In this document: positions 12,827-29,010 of the stretch, in pieces
How positions within the stretch are numbered: position 1 is the first letter of the stretch
How the letters are laid out: each line of letters begins with the position of its first letter
Assembly (NCBI RefSeq): GCF_009914755.1
Contig: NC_060932.1
Length of the DNA: 64,000 nt
From: the human T2T-CHM13v2.0 reference genome, Homo sapiens
Direction: 5' to 3' (one strand)
Position numbers and translations under genes: made by a program
Notes under the pieces: model-generated
What the model was told of the DNA's origin: nothing
Database searches by the model: none
Seen by the model: only the letters and a program-made list of their open reading frames with translations

Positions 12827-14164
12827 AATTCTTGGATATTCTTAAAGAAATGCTCTATGGTTTAAAAAATCTAGAGATTTGTTTATAATATATATATTTG
12901 CATGTATATAATGAGTAGGGAGAGAAAGTCTCCCACCCCAAAATGGTAGTAGAATAGAAACAGTGTTTTGTATGCTTTTTAAAAGTTTAATATATACACT
13001 GCAAAATATTGATATATAGAGAGCTGTTTGATTCTTTTTTACTGGCCACGTGATATTCCATTATATAAGCCGACTTTATTTAGCCAGCCTTCTATTGATG
13101 AGCATTTTGATTATTTTCAATATTTTACTCCAGAAACAACACTAAAGACTCGAGATTGTATTCTTTGACGCATGTTAGTATATCCGTAGAATAAATACCT
13201 TGAAGCAGAATAATTTTTCTCCAAAAAGGGGCTACAAATAATACACTTCCTTCAGAAACATGTGAAAGTGCTAGATATTCTTTATAGAACAAGGTCTGCA
13301 TTGGAAGTGGGATGAAATATAATGATAGCGACAGGGACTTTAGAGAAGGAAGTAGGAAAGTCAGGGCCCTTGCAGTTGCTTCTCTCATAGACACCTCTCT
13401 TTCTAGAAGATATTTTTGCCCAAACTTTGGTTTTTATATTTCAGGGTAACAAGGATGTGAGGAAGGAAGTCAACATTGAGTGAGTTGCTATTATGTGCCA
13501 AGCCTAGGGTTAAGTCAGTTGCAAGTATTGTTTAATTCTTGTAGTGTTCCTATAAGGTCCATATTTGGCATTTACTATCCACAGAGCACAGATGAGAAAA
13601 ATGAGGCTCAGGAGGCTAAGTCAGTTCCACAGGGTTATCCAGTGGATAAATGGCAGAGTCACCTTTCAGACTTCATGAAAGTACTCTAGCTTTTTACAGT
13701 CCTTCTCCTTCTCTTCCTCGTAGAAAAATAGAAATCTCTGTAGCTCTTGCTTTGTGAAGGATCTGGGGATGCATGAACCAGGAACTAGGTGGAAGACCAG
13801 TTTCACCTGAGGTTGACCTGTGATGTATGACTTTGCTTGTACTTAAGAAGTCACTTTTAATAAGGTTGTAGGGTGTGCAGAGAAAATTTACTGTTGGATT
13901 ATGTGGATTGTCTTCAACCACAAAGGGCTGTGTTCCAGAAACTCTGGAACTGACTTTAAAGGAGTCTACTGACTTTAAAGGAGAAGAGCCAGCCCCGAAG
14001 TATGACGCTCTGAAAGCTGGTCAGGTTTCAAGGTGGACCCACAAAGCCCACCTAACTTAGAACATTCTGAAAGAGTATGACGTATGGGTGGCCATGATTT
14101 CTTGGTGTTCTTAGTCCATAATGGGATGCATAGGTGAGAATGTATGTATAGATACGGGCTAGAG

Positions 14165-14525
14165 CAGGGGTCCTCAGTCCCTGGGCCACAGACCGGTACC
14201 AGTTCATGGGCTGTTAGGAACTGGGCTGCAGGGCAGGAGTGAGCAGTTTCATCTGTGTTTATAGCTGCTCCCCGTAGCTCACATTTCTGCCTGAGCTCTG
14301 CCTCCTGTCCGATCAGCGGCAGCATTACATTAGGTTCTCATAGGAGCTTGAACTCTATTGTGAATTCTGCATGCTAGGGATCCGTGCACTCCTTATGAGA
14401 ATCTAATGCCTAATGATCTGAAGTGGAACAGCTTCATCCAGAAACCATCCCCCTCCTCCGCCATCCCTGGAAAAATCATCTTCCACGAAACTGGTTTCTA
14501 GTGCCAAACAGGTTGGGGACTGCTG
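14165..14525. mobile_element. MER1B hAT-Charlie element
   Basis: caggggtcc...gttggggactgctg termini; 8-bp TSD gg(c/t)tagag. Confidence 0.85.
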
Positions 14526-15829
14526 GGTTAGAGCCACAGCAAGGAGAACAGGAGGGGCGAGAGCCCCCCCATCTGCGGGCTGGGATGGAGTCCAGGGGCA
14601 CTGCGGCAGCACTCGAGGCTGCAGCAAGGCTGGGGCTGTGGCCAAGGATACAGGGCAATAGGTGGCCTCTTAGGTGGAATTGTTGAAAGCCTCAGAGAGA
14701 GCACTGTGAGGAGGAATGAGGCCATTTATTATTTTTGAAAGTCAAGTATGTGTAGGTTGGCAACTGCCCATACTTTTTATTTCAAATGGCTTTATTAAGC
14801 GAATTACCTCTGATACAAATGGACGTCAATTAACAAAGAGCTTGGAGGTAATTTAATGTAATTTCTCAGCTCAAGAAATCAAGTGCTTTTTTTTTTTCCT
14901 TTCATAGAAGCCAGGGTAAATTTTCTCATAGCTGACAGAGATTATTATGGTGGTTACTCATTTTATCAGAAGTGATGTAATATCCAGTTTAGATGGAGAG
15001 AGGATGGTGCTCTTTGGAGCTAGTTTTCGGAGTCTGCCACTAGATTGCTGTGTGCTTCTATACTGAAAGCAGCCAGTGTCCTGATCTCTAATTACCCTTA
15101 GCCTTGGTGTCTCTTTGACATTTCGAGGGGGATAGTGTTGGATGAACTAAAGCTCGTGTCTCACTTTTAAGTTACAGTTCTCTGAACCTTGTAAACAGGT
15201 AGGGAGTCATTTCCTGAGGCTGAAGAAGAAGAGGAGAAAGAAGCCACGCTTATATATGTCTTTAGTTGATTAGAGATGGGTAAGAGTATGTTAACCTTGG
15301 CTTACCTTTCCCTAAATGTCAGCTCTTACATGTGGGTCCTTCAGTCAGTAGGTGTGTTTCCATGTTATTGCTACTCCTTCAAAGTTTATAACCATCAACT
15401 ATGTTTAACTACTTTGACCTACTGATATAATAACCATTGGTAGGTAGTGTCATCTACCAATTATTATTAGATAGCATCTAGTATTATTAATATGAGAACT
15501 TTCTACATGTTTGCGTAGAGCTTCAGCTTGAATTTCATCTCATAGAATATACTTTTTTTCTTTTACCAACAATACAGTAAGGCACAAATGAAATAATCAT
15601 AAATATTTCACAGAACGATGCACACTTATATGGCATTTCTGCCTGTGTGTGCATTTGATCTATGAGATTCCCTGATTCTTTAGCATGAAACTCATGGGAT
15701 ATGATCAGTGAAATTTGTCCCGCTCAGAATCTGTCAAGCATTTTATTTTCTTGGGGAGGATGGTCATGCCATAACCCCAATTGATATTTCTTGGTGATAG
15801 TTTAGGTTTTGGGTTAACCATAGGGTTTT

Positions 15830-17600
15830 GTGTTTTTGTTTGTTTGTAATTGAGATATAACTTGCACACAGAAAAATGCATAGTTGAGGGTCCAATTTGA
15901 TAGATTTTGATATATACATACACCCATAAAATCGTCACCCCAGACCCCATCATGAGTATGTCCATCACCCTCACTCCTTGCTCACTTCCATTCCTTCCTG
16001 GCTCCCATCCTCACCCCCAGCAGCCACTGATCTGCTTCCTGTCACTCCAGCTTAGCTTGCATTGTCTAGAATTTTGTATAATGGACTCATCCACTATGCA
16101 CTCTGTTTTTGGTCTGGCTTGTTTTACTCAACATAGTTATTCCCAGGTCATCGATGTTGGCGTATATATCCATGGCTCATTCCTTTTCCTTCCTAGATAG
16201 TAGTCTATTGTACGAATATGCCACAATTTGTTTATGTGCCGACCTTTTAACGGACACTTGTATTCCTTCAAATGAGGGAGTTTCTACTTTTTGACTACTT
16301 CAGATGAAGCTGCTACAAGTCTTTGTATGGATATATGCTTTGTTGTCTGTTGAGTAAATATCTAGGAGCGGCATAGCTGGGTAACATGGTAGGTGTATGT
16401 TTCAACTTTTCAAGAAATGCCACCCACAGTGTAGGAGAGTTCCAGTTCCCCCACATCCTCAGCAACAATTGATTATGCTGAGTGTTTTTCATTTTATAAA
16501 TTCTAGTAGGCATGCAACAAACATATGAAAAAAAGCTCAACATCACTGGTCATTAGAAAAATGTGAATCAAAACCACAATGAGATACCATCTCACACCAG
16601 TCAGAATGGCAATTATTAAAAAGTCAAGAAGCAACAGATGCTGGCGAAGCTGTGGAGAAATAGGAATGCTTTTACACTGTTGGTGGGAGTGTGAATTAGT
16701 TCAACCATTGTGGAAGACAGTGTGGCAATTCCTCAAAGACCTAGAACCAGAATTACCGTTTGACCCAGCAATTCCATTACTGGGTATATACTTAAAGGAA
16801 TATAAATCATTCTGTTATAAAGATACATGCATGTGTATGTTCATCGCAGCACTATTCACAATAACAAAGACATGGAATCAACCCAAATGCCCATCAATGA
16901 TAGACTGGATAAAGAAAATGTGGTACATATACACCATGGAATACAATGCAGCCATAAAAAGGAATAAGATCATGTCCTTTGCAGGGACATGGTTGGAGCT
17001 GGAACCCATCATCCTCAGCAAACTAACACAGGAACAGAAAACCAAACACCACATGTTGTCACTCATAAGTGGGAGCTGAACAATGAGAACCCATGGACAC
17101 AGGGAGGGAAACAACACACACTGGGGCCTGTGTGGGGGGCGGTGAGAAAGGGAGGGCATTGAGAAGAATAGCTAATGGATGCTGGGCTTAATACCTAGGT
17201 GATGGGTTGATCTATGCAGCAAACTCCCATGGCACACGTTTACCCATGTAACAAACCTGCACATCCTGTACATGTACCCCAGAACCTAAAATAAGAAAAA
17301 AAAAAAAAAAAGAAATTCTAGCAGGCATGAAGTAGTATCTCATGTGGTTTTCATTTACAGCTCCCCAATATGCATCACGTTGAGTGTCTTTTCATGCTCC
17401 TATTTACCATCGGTTTACCTTCTTTGGTGCCTGTTAGAACTTTACCCATTTAAAAAAATTATTTTATTTATTTTCTTAAGTTTTCAGAGTTCTTTACATA
17501 TTTGGCACATAGGTCTTTTATCAGATACATACTTTGCAAATATTTTCTCCCAGTCTGTGACTTGTCTTTTCATTCAGCATTTTTGGAAGAGCTTAACTTT
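15830..17600 (-). mobile_element. Old L1M 3' fragment hosting a younger L1PA
   Basis: Antisense L1 3'-end motifs on both sides of the insertion. Confidence 0.7.
16515..17312 (+). mobile_element. 5'-truncated L1PA (ORF2 C-terminus, 3'UTR, poly(A))
   Basis: ORF 16579-17079 is the L1 ORF2 C-terminus; 17-bp TSD aaattctag(t/c)aggcatg. Confidence 0.95.
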
Positions 17601-17923
17601 TTTAACTTTCATGACAGGCTTACCATTTAAATAAAGAAATTGCAGTCATTCCTTGCTTAACAATTTGCATATGTTCTGAGAAACGCACCCTTGGGCGCTT
17701 GTGTCATCGTGCGAACATGACAGAGTGCACTTACACAAACCTAGATGGTCTAGCCTACTACACACCCAGGCTGTAGGGTCTAGCCTATTGCTCTTGGGCT
17801 ACAAACCTGTACAGCATGTGACTGTACTGAATATTGTGACCATTGTAACAACGATGGTAAGTATTTGTGCATCTAACCTTAGAAAAGGTACAATCAAAAT
17901 ACAGTATAAAGATAAAAAATGGT

Positions 17924-18221
17924 GACCAGGCATGCTGGCTCATGCCTGTAATTCCAGCACTGTGGGAGGCTGAGGTGGGCAGATCACTTGAGGTCAGGAG
18001 TTCGAGGCCAGCCTGGCCAACATGGCGAAACCCTGTCTCTACTAAAAATACAAAAATTAGCTGGGCGTGGTGGCACACACCTGTAATCCCAGCTACTTGG
18101 GAGGCTGGGGAACAAGAATTGCTTGAACCTGGGAGGTGAAGGTTGCAGTGACCGAGATCATGCCCCTGCACTCCAGCATGGGCAACAGAGCAATACTCTG
18201 TCTCAAAAAAAAAAAAAAAAA
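17924..18221 (+). mobile_element. Alu (AluS)
   Basis: TSD aaagataaaaa. Confidence 0.95.
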
Positions 18222-19094
18222 GATAAAAATGTGGTATACACCTGTGTAGGGCACTTACTATAAATGGAGCTTGTAGGAATGGAAGTTGCTCTGGGTGAGT
18301 CAGTGTGGGTGAATATGGAGGCTCAGGACGTTACTGCTGCTGTAGACTTCAACACTGTACATTTAGGCCACATCCAATTTATTAAGTCTTTATTTCTTTA
18401 ATAGTAAATTAACCTTAGCTTACTGTAACTTTTTTACTTTATAAACTTTTAATATTTTAACTTTTTGATTCTTACAGTAACACTTAGCTTAAAATACAAA
18501 CATTGTACAGCTGTACAAAAATATTGTTTCTTTATATCCTTATTGTATGAGTTTTTTCTATTTAAATTTTATAGTTTTTTAATTTTTAAAGCTTTTTTGT
18601 TAAAATGAAGACACACACACATTGGCTCAGGCCTACACAGGGTCAGGATCATAAATATCACTGTCTTCTACCTCCACATCTTGTCGCACTGGAAGATCTT
18701 CAGGGACAATGACAGTGATGGAGCTGTTATACCCTGTAATAAAAATGCCTTCTCCTGGAACACCTCCCGAAGGGCCTGCCTGAGGCTGTTTTACAGTAAT
18801 GTTTTAAAATAAGTAGGAGTACACCCTAAAAGAATGATAAAAAGTATAGTATAGTAAGCACATAATCCAGTAACATAGTCGTTTGTTATTATATACTGTA
18901 CATAATTGTATGTGCTAGCATTTTATGACTGGCAGTGAAGTAGGTGGTTTATACCAGCATCACTGCAAACATAAGAATAATGCATTGCTCTACGACATCA
19001 CTAGGTGATAAGAATTTTTCAGCTCTTTTGTAATCTTATGGGACCACCCTTATAAATGTGGGGTCTACCATTGCTCGAAAAGTCATTATATGAA

Positions 19095-19390
<296 letters not shown>

Positions 19391-20583
19391 AAGTCATTAG
19401 ACAGTGCCTGACTGTATTTTATTCACAGTATCAAGCACTAAAAAACCTATGGCAAAAACAAGCACAAAGCAAAAGCAAAACATGCCTGTAGCCACATTAC
19501 CCCTTCCCGCCAAGACAGTGTCACAGGAACCATATTCATTTGCACACCTAGGGCAAAAACCCCAGTCAAATATAAGAAGTAATGATTTCCAAGACCATGA
19601 GCATCAGGCAACAAAGGACAGTGATCCTGAGCTATGAGAAATGAAGGAGGCAAGCCCTGTCATTGCCCCAGCTTACTGTCTTGAGAGTTTCCAGGCTGTG
19701 GTGCCAGGAGGGTGGCCTAGATAGCCGACCCAGAGGAGAGAATTGCAGAAAGAAAGATCTCCAGAGATGTGCCCACCACCCTGGGACCCAGCAGCGTACT
19801 GACCAGCCCGTGTAAGTAACCAAGACTGGAGGACAAAAAGGGGGATGCTAAGATCTTACGCCGGCTTCAGTCTCCCCCTACCCCACACCCCTGAACCACT
19901 AAATGATTCTTCGTATCTCTGCCCTTTCCCCCTCAAAGGAAGCCATTTGCAACTACGATTCAGAAGAGGACATTTTGCACTACACTTACGGGCTTCTCCG
20001 AGCCATGTAATCCTCAAAATTGAGAAAATATTCTAAGAGGTTGGCATTGGAGTCGCCGCACATGGAACTTGACTTTGTTGTGGTTTTCTCTTTAGTTTGA
20101 AAAAGATCCAGTAATCTGGTAAGACAGCAAAGCAGGGTGACCACTTCCTGGAGTGCTTCTGGTTTTGGGGTTTTTTGTTTGCCCTTGGATGGCATGCGGA
20201 GAAGGTAGTACTGCCCAGGGAAGTCTGGAAGCTTCCTAGGTGGTGACTTGTGTACCCTGTGGAAGAAGAGGGTGTGGACTCTGGCCCCCGCAGCCTAACC
20301 CTGTGCCCCACCAGTGTCGGATTCAGAACCACACGCTTGAGGGCACTTGAGAGACCTCCGTGTTTATGCCCCAACTTATGGATTCGGGGATGGATGAGTT
20401 TCGTTCTTTAACATATATCTAGGGCCTGCCGTGTGCCTGACATTGTTCTGGATGCTTGGGATCCCACAGTGAGTAAGGAAAATCCCACTCTTGTGGAGCT
20501 TACGTCCCTGCAGAGGAGACGCAGCATCAGCTAGTATGCGTCAGGTGGACGTTAGTTACCCAAAGGAGAATAACCCTGGCCTT

Positions 20584-20848
20584 GGCCAGGCATGGCGGCT
20601 CACGCCGGTAATCCCAGCACTTTAGGAGGCTGAAGTGGGAGGATCACTTGAGACCATGAGTCTGAGACCAGGCTGGGCAACATGGCGAGACCTCATCTCT
20701 ACAAAAAATAAAAATAAAAAAATGAGGTATGATGGTGTGTGCCTGTGGTCCCATTTACTTGGGATGCTGAGACTGCAGTGAGCTATGATTGCGCCACTGT
20801 ACTCCAGCCTGGGTGACAGCGCAAGACCCTATCTCAAAAAAAAAAAAA
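20584..20848 (+). mobile_element. Alu (AluJ, right-arm deletion)
   Basis: Diverged Alu. Confidence 0.9.
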
Positions 20849-21339
20849 TTTTTATTCTGGTTTGCAATTATAATTTTTCAGAGGTTGAAGAGGCTTGGCA
20901 GTGCTGGGTTTAAATTAGTTGTGCAATTTAGTGCTTTTCCCGTCATCATAGATGCTGTGGGTTTCAAATGGCCTCAAGTCCCGGCTGGATTTTATTCTGC
21001 GGATGACACTTGGGTAGGGGAGTAGATAAAGAAAAGCTGGTGTTGAGAGAGGATTCCAGCTGGAATCCTCTCCCTGTAGTGCTGTGGGAGATGTTTCTGC
21101 CTGCGCGAGATATTATTCATGAGCAAAAGGAGAAAGTTGAGCCATTTCAAGGTTCCTTCTGGCCTTGAGGTGCTGTGGGTCCGATTGCAAGCCTGTGGGT
21201 TTTCTCCTCTCTCCCAGGACTCTTCAGGGAGGCCTCAGCTCTACCAGACCTCCCAGTCCCAACCTTCACTCCTCCTCCTTCCTCCCCTTCCTTGGAGAAA
21301 AATGAATCTGCAGAAATGTTAGGAGACAAGAAGCAAGTA

Positions 21340-21767
21340 CACTTGACCCTTGAACAACTCGGGGTTTAGGGGCACTGACCAGCCCCCTCCCATGGAATCA
21401 CATCCACATATAACATTTGACTCCTTAACTACTGATAGCCTATTGTTGACTGGAAGCCTTAACGGATAACATCAGTAGTTCATCAGCATGTATTTCGTAT
21501 GTTTTATGTATTATATACTGTGCTCTTACGATAAACTAAGCTAGGGGAAAGAAAATGTTTAGAAAATCATAGGAAGAGAAAATGTATTTACTGTTCAGTG
21601 GAAGTGGATTGTCATAAAGATCTTCATCATCGTCTTCGTATTGAGTGAGCTGAGGAGGAGGAAGAGGAGGGGTTGGACTTGCTCTCTCAGGAGGTGGCAG
21701 AAGTGGAAGAAAATTTCCTGTAAATGGACCTGCATGGTTCAAACCTTTGTTGTTCAGGAGTTGACTG
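21340..21767 (-). mobile_element. Tigger2a-like element
   Basis: cacttgacccttgaacaac TIR, flanking TA. Confidence 0.8.
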
Positions 21768-21785
21768 TATACGCCTTCTGATCAT

Positions 21786-22076
21786 TTGTTTTTTCCCAAG
21801 ACGGTCTTGCTTTGCCGCCCATACTGGAGTACAGTGGCATGATCTAGGCTCACTGCAACCTCCACCTCCCAGGTTCAAGCGATTCTCCTGCCTCAGCCTC
21901 CTGAGTAGTTGAGATTACAGGTGCCCACCACCATGCCTGGCTAATTTTTGTATTTTTAGTAGGATGAGGTTTTACCATGTCGGCCAGGCTGGTCTCGAAC
22001 TTCTGGTCTCAAGCAATCTGCCCGCCTCGGCCTCCCAAAGTGATGGGATTACAGGCGCGAGCCACTGTGCCCGGCC
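21786..22076 (-). mobile_element. Alu (AluS)
   Basis: Antisense Alu. Confidence 0.95.
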
Positions 22077-22819
22077 TGGCTTCTGATCATTATTAAGGAC
22101 TTCACATGATTCCCCTTAGTACTTCAAAGTCAGGTAGATTTTGATAAGGTCCTTGGGCGCTAGTTTTATAATTTCAGGTCATAAGGGTTCGTCCTATTTT
22201 CTCTTGCAAGGAAAATGAATGTTGGGGAGAGAACGTTGTCGTCTGAATGCTTTTATGCCGTCTGCAGTAACCTCTCTGAGTCTGGAACCATTTTCCAGTA
22301 AGAAGTAGGTGACAGGCTATCAAAATAAAGAGTAACCTTTTGAAAGCACTTCAGTGCAGCACTGTGGGCTTTTTATAATCTTGACTTGTGTTTTGTGAGA
22401 GGAGAGGGCTGAGCTAGGTTTGTGCTCTGCTCCTCCCCCTCCCCCTCTCCCCAACTGTCTTTGATCTGTGAAGCTTGTCTCATCCTTAGCCAAGTCTGCT
22501 GGAACTTTATCCAGAGCAGGAAAAGGGGAAATAGTTTTCCTTTCTTGGGTGGATTTGTATTTATATAAACCCTTAGCGAGCAAAATGGAGCCAAGTGGCA
22601 CACGCGTCTGCAGGGAGGCGTGGTGGGACGAGTGAGTGGCGGGAAGAGGCGGCTTTGACTTGGGTCACATGGTGTCAGACCTTTTTAGGGTCAGTGAGGA
22701 GAGGATGGTGTAAGTCCTTGTGCACATTTTCTTAAGGACATACTTACATGTAGGGCCATTGTAGAGCAACAAAGGGCAGGGTGTGTGTGCATCTCACTGT
22801 ATGTCTATATCACCAAGAG

Positions 22820-23296
22820 CAGCTGTCTCCAACCTTGTTCGGCACCACAGACTGGGGTTGGTGGGATGGTTTCATGATGATTCAAGTGCATTACATTTGT
22901 CGTGCACTTTATTTCTACTATTATTACATTGTAATAGATAATGAGATAATTATACAACTCACTATAATGTGGAATCAGTGGGAGCCCTGAGCTTGTTTTC
23001 CTGCAACTAGCTGGTCCCATCTGGTGGTGATGGGAGTGACAAATCATTAAGCATTAGATTCTTACAAGGAGCGCGCAACCTAGATCCCTCACATACAAGT
23101 TCACAGTAGGGTTTGCCCACTCTTATGAGAATCTCATGCTGCCCTGATCTGACAGGAGATGGAGCTCCGGTGGTAATTTGAGCAATGGGGAGTGGCTGTA
23201 AACAGATGAAGCTTTGCCTGCTCACCTACCACTCACCTCCCTCTGTGCTGCCCATGGACGCGTACCAGTCCATGGCCCTGGCGTTGGGCACCCTTG
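22820..23296. mobile_element. MER1A-like hAT element
   Basis: MER1 internal motifs (tcaagtgcattacattt; gcgcgcaacctagatccct). Confidence 0.8.
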
Positions 23297-23303
23297 CTAT
23301 AGA

Positions 23304-24255
23304 GTCATTCCTCCAACCCTTATTTGCGGGGGATGCTTTCCAAGTACCCTACTGGATCCTGAAACCACCAATGGCACCAAACCCAATTGCCATCAATTGG
23401 AAAACGTTTCCGGTCATATCTTTTGCCCACAAATGTAATGTCTTTTTCATCTTAACTAAGCACTTAGCAGGTGCTGTAACCATACCTTTTGCAGTTTGAG
23501 GTGTAGCAGCAAAACTAGCATGGATTTATTTTTCCTTTTTCACAGTTTCACAGAATATTCATTCTCACTGTAGATCTGGTAATTTCAGCATGCAATTTTT
23601 TTTCTTTCCTTATTAAGTCAAGACCTTTCAGCTTTTTACTAAAGCACTTAACAGCTTCTCTTTGGCAGATCCAAATCGCCAGCATCACTACTCTTACACT
23701 TTCGGGCCATTATGAAGTAAAATAAGGGTGACGTATTAAGCACTGCAACACTTTGACAGTGGATCTGATAACCGAGAAAGTGCCTAAGTGATGAGCAGGT
23801 GGGGAGCGTTTACAGCGTGGGGACACTGGGCAGAGGAGGGTTCCCAGGGGAGCGTCTACAGTGTGGGGACACTGGGCAGAGGAGGGTTCCCAGGGGAGCG
23901 TCTACAGTGTGGGGACACTGGGCAGAGGAGGGTTCCCAGGGGAGCGTCTACAGTGTGGGGGCACTGGGCAGAGGAGGGTTCCCAGGGGAGAGTCTACAGT
24001 GTGGGGACACTGGGCAGAGGAGGGTTCCCAGGGGAGCGTCTACAGTGTGGGGACAGTGGACACAGGAGATTTCATGGTGCTGGGGGGTATGGAGCTGGAC
24101 AGGTCGAGATTTCATCATGCTACTAGAATGGTGCTAGATTTAAAACTGATGATTGTTTATTTCTGGAGTTTTTCATTTAATATTTTCAGACCCAGATTGA
24201 TGGCTGGTAGCCGAAACCTTTGGAAGCAAAAACCACAGATGATGGGGGACCACTG
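23304..24255 (-). mobile_element. MER44/Tigger7-family element containing a VNTR
   Basis: ccttatttgcgggggat start; gagatttcatcatgctact...gggggaccactg|ta end. Confidence 0.75.
23801..24062. repeat. VNTR, 5.6 x 46 bp, near-identical and G-rich
   Basis: ggggagcgtctacagtgtggggacactgggcagaggagggttccca; units start at 23801, 23847, 23893, 23939, 23985, 24031. Confidence 0.97.
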
Positions 24256-24534
24256 TATATCTAAATATATCACTATATATAGTGATACATACAGATGAAT
24301 GACAAGTTCAAGTTCATTTTGCTTTTTAAATTGTTACTAAGAGAATAATGTTGTAGAAGGCCTTAGCTCTCCTTTGCAACATTGACCTCGGAAGTTTTAG
24401 CTACTTACAGTGTGTCCCACTATTAATTTACTTCCTTGAATTAGTCTCAGCCTTTCACACCAGCTCTGGCCACTTCTTGTGGATGGTGAGGTTTTTAAGT
24501 GTGCATGCCATCCACGCGAATGCCTTCTTTTCAT

Positions 24535-25482
<948 letters not shown>

Positions 25483-26121
25483 CCTTTCTAGGATTTTTAG
25501 AAATTCCAGAGAAATCTCATACAAAATCTAGAGAAAGCATCTATTGTTCTTGTGTTATTGCAATTTGTATAGTGTCAGGGTTAATCTGGGACTGATGAAG
25601 ATGCTGAGAACAGTAAGTTTAAAGAACTTTGATATAGAACAATATTTTACTTTGCTATTGTTCTGTCTTTTAGAACCAAAAATAAAGCCCTTCTTAGTAG
25701 GTGACTCAGCTTCCTGCAACCTCGCTGGGGAAATTTCTCCAAATATTAATGCATGCCACGTAAGCCAGGTTCACTTGCTGGCCCTGGATGTTTATTCTGG
25801 CCCCCAGTTATATTTATTTTGTGTCTGGTAGAGCCTCACACTTCAAAGTGGAATGCTCCTGAAGTTTCTACCTGGCCTCTCATTCCAGTGTTGTAATGGA
25901 CACTTGGGGAAGGAAACTCCCCAGGGACTCTGGAGATGCCAAGACTCTGACGCTTTTGCAGCAGGTGGGCGTCCCGTGAGGAAGAGTGGCTTGGAGGAGG
26001 GGAGATGGGCTCTCCTGTTGCAGGTATTAGAAACAGAGAAAGCAGGAGGAAGAGGAATTGCAAATAACCAGGCATGAGGAAGACGTAGGGAACAATGCTA
26101 CAGAGGATTGGATTTGTATGA

Positions 26122-26933
<812 letters not shown>

Positions 26934-28164
26934 TATAAGCTTGTAATGTGAGGGAAGAGACTAAATTCTGGTAGAGATTTGAAAAATAGTAGCAGTTTTT
27001 TCCCCTTGGCTTTCTGTGGTTGAACGTTTACCAAATGCATTGGAAGGGCCGTTGTGATCTGAGGCCTCAGCTTTTTGATCTAGAAGAGACCTGACTGATG
27101 ATCCCTCAAGGGGCCCTTGGACCAACTGCAGCTCTTCTTGGTTTAGCAAACCTGAGATCATTTAGTCATCCCCTTCTCCCTCCTATCTTTCAAACCAAAA
27201 AATAATTTTAACAAAGCTTTATGTAATTAGCAAGCAAACATTACTGTCAGGACGATCGTCTTCTGCCAGGAGTTGGGCTAAACAAGGAAAAGCTGAGGTC
27301 ATGGGCTCCAGGTGGAGCACCTGCCATGAAAGGAAAACTGAAAGGCGCCCGTCATCCGTGCCCAGTGTGTGGGCCTGGCACGGCTTCCCTGGCGTTATTC
27401 ATTGGGAGAATCTGAGAACCATTGTGTGAGTCGCAGAAGTAATCAAGAGTGTGGCCTTTTTTCTTCCTTCTGCTTATAACTATCACCACTTTGGAGGATG
27501 CTTGGAAGAAGTGGAAGAAGCCAAGTGCTGACACTGAGTTTGTTTAGTGTTGCCTAGTGACCAGGCCATGAATACTCACTGAAGATAGGTGCTGAGGGCT
27601 TTCTGATTTAAGGGCATCTCTGAGAGGCCCCAACTGGCCTGGTTTATTTACCCTACCGATTGTACTCTGTGACTGCTAAGACTTCACAAATGGTTTCCAA
27701 AGCTTCAAGACGCTGAAGGGTGTTTATGAATGTTGTTTTTTTGTTTGTTTGTTTTTTGTTTATTTTATTTTATTGAAGTTTCAGCATTCAATATCAAAAC
27801 CGGACTTGAGAATTCCACAAATGCCTGAAAATGGAAATTTCCTTACATTGTTAAATTGCCCAGAACTCAGTGGATTCCTACATTTTGAAGAGTTGCAGAG
27901 ATGTGTGCTGAAAATGAAAACGGTTCTAGGAGAGGGTCATAATTTTTGATGGTGTAAGTTTTTGTAGCTGTCGTTGGAACCATACCTTAGGATATATTCA
28001 ATTATCAAGTGAGCCTATGAGTTTGAGTCGTTTTGAAAAGGAATGATATCTGTGGGGCACTGGTTCCAGGACCCCCATGGGTACCAAAGTCTTTGGATGC
28101 TCAAGTCCCTGATATCCAGTGGCATGGTATTTGCACATAACCTACGAACATCCTCCCGGATGCT

Positions 28165-28471
28165 TTATTTTATTTTAGTTTAGTTTTCTGAGACAGAGTC
28201 TCACTCTGTCGCCCAGGCTGGAGTGCAATGGCACAGTCTCGGCTTACTGAAACCTCTGCCTCCTGGATTCCAGTGATTCTCCTGCCTCAGCTTCTGGAGT
28301 AGCTGAGATTACAGGCATGTGCCACGATGCCCCGCTAATTTTTGTTTTTTTAGTAGAGCCGAGGTTCCACCAGGTTGGCCAGGCTGGTCTCTAATTCCTG
28401 ACCTCAGGTGATTTGCCTGCCTCGGCCTCCCAAAGTGCTGGGATTACAGGTGTGAGCCACTGCTCCCAGCC
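28165..28471 (-). mobile_element. Alu (AluS)
   Basis: Antisense Alu. Confidence 0.95.
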
Positions 28472-28537
28472 TCCTCCCTTACTTTAAATCATCTCTAGGT
28501 TACCTATAATAACTAATACAATACAAATGTTATGTAA

Positions 28538-29010
<473 letters not shown>

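Noticed and set aside
23788-24298. Three overlapping repetitive ORFs
   Set aside because: Artefact of a stop-free 46-bp VNTR cycling through the frames.
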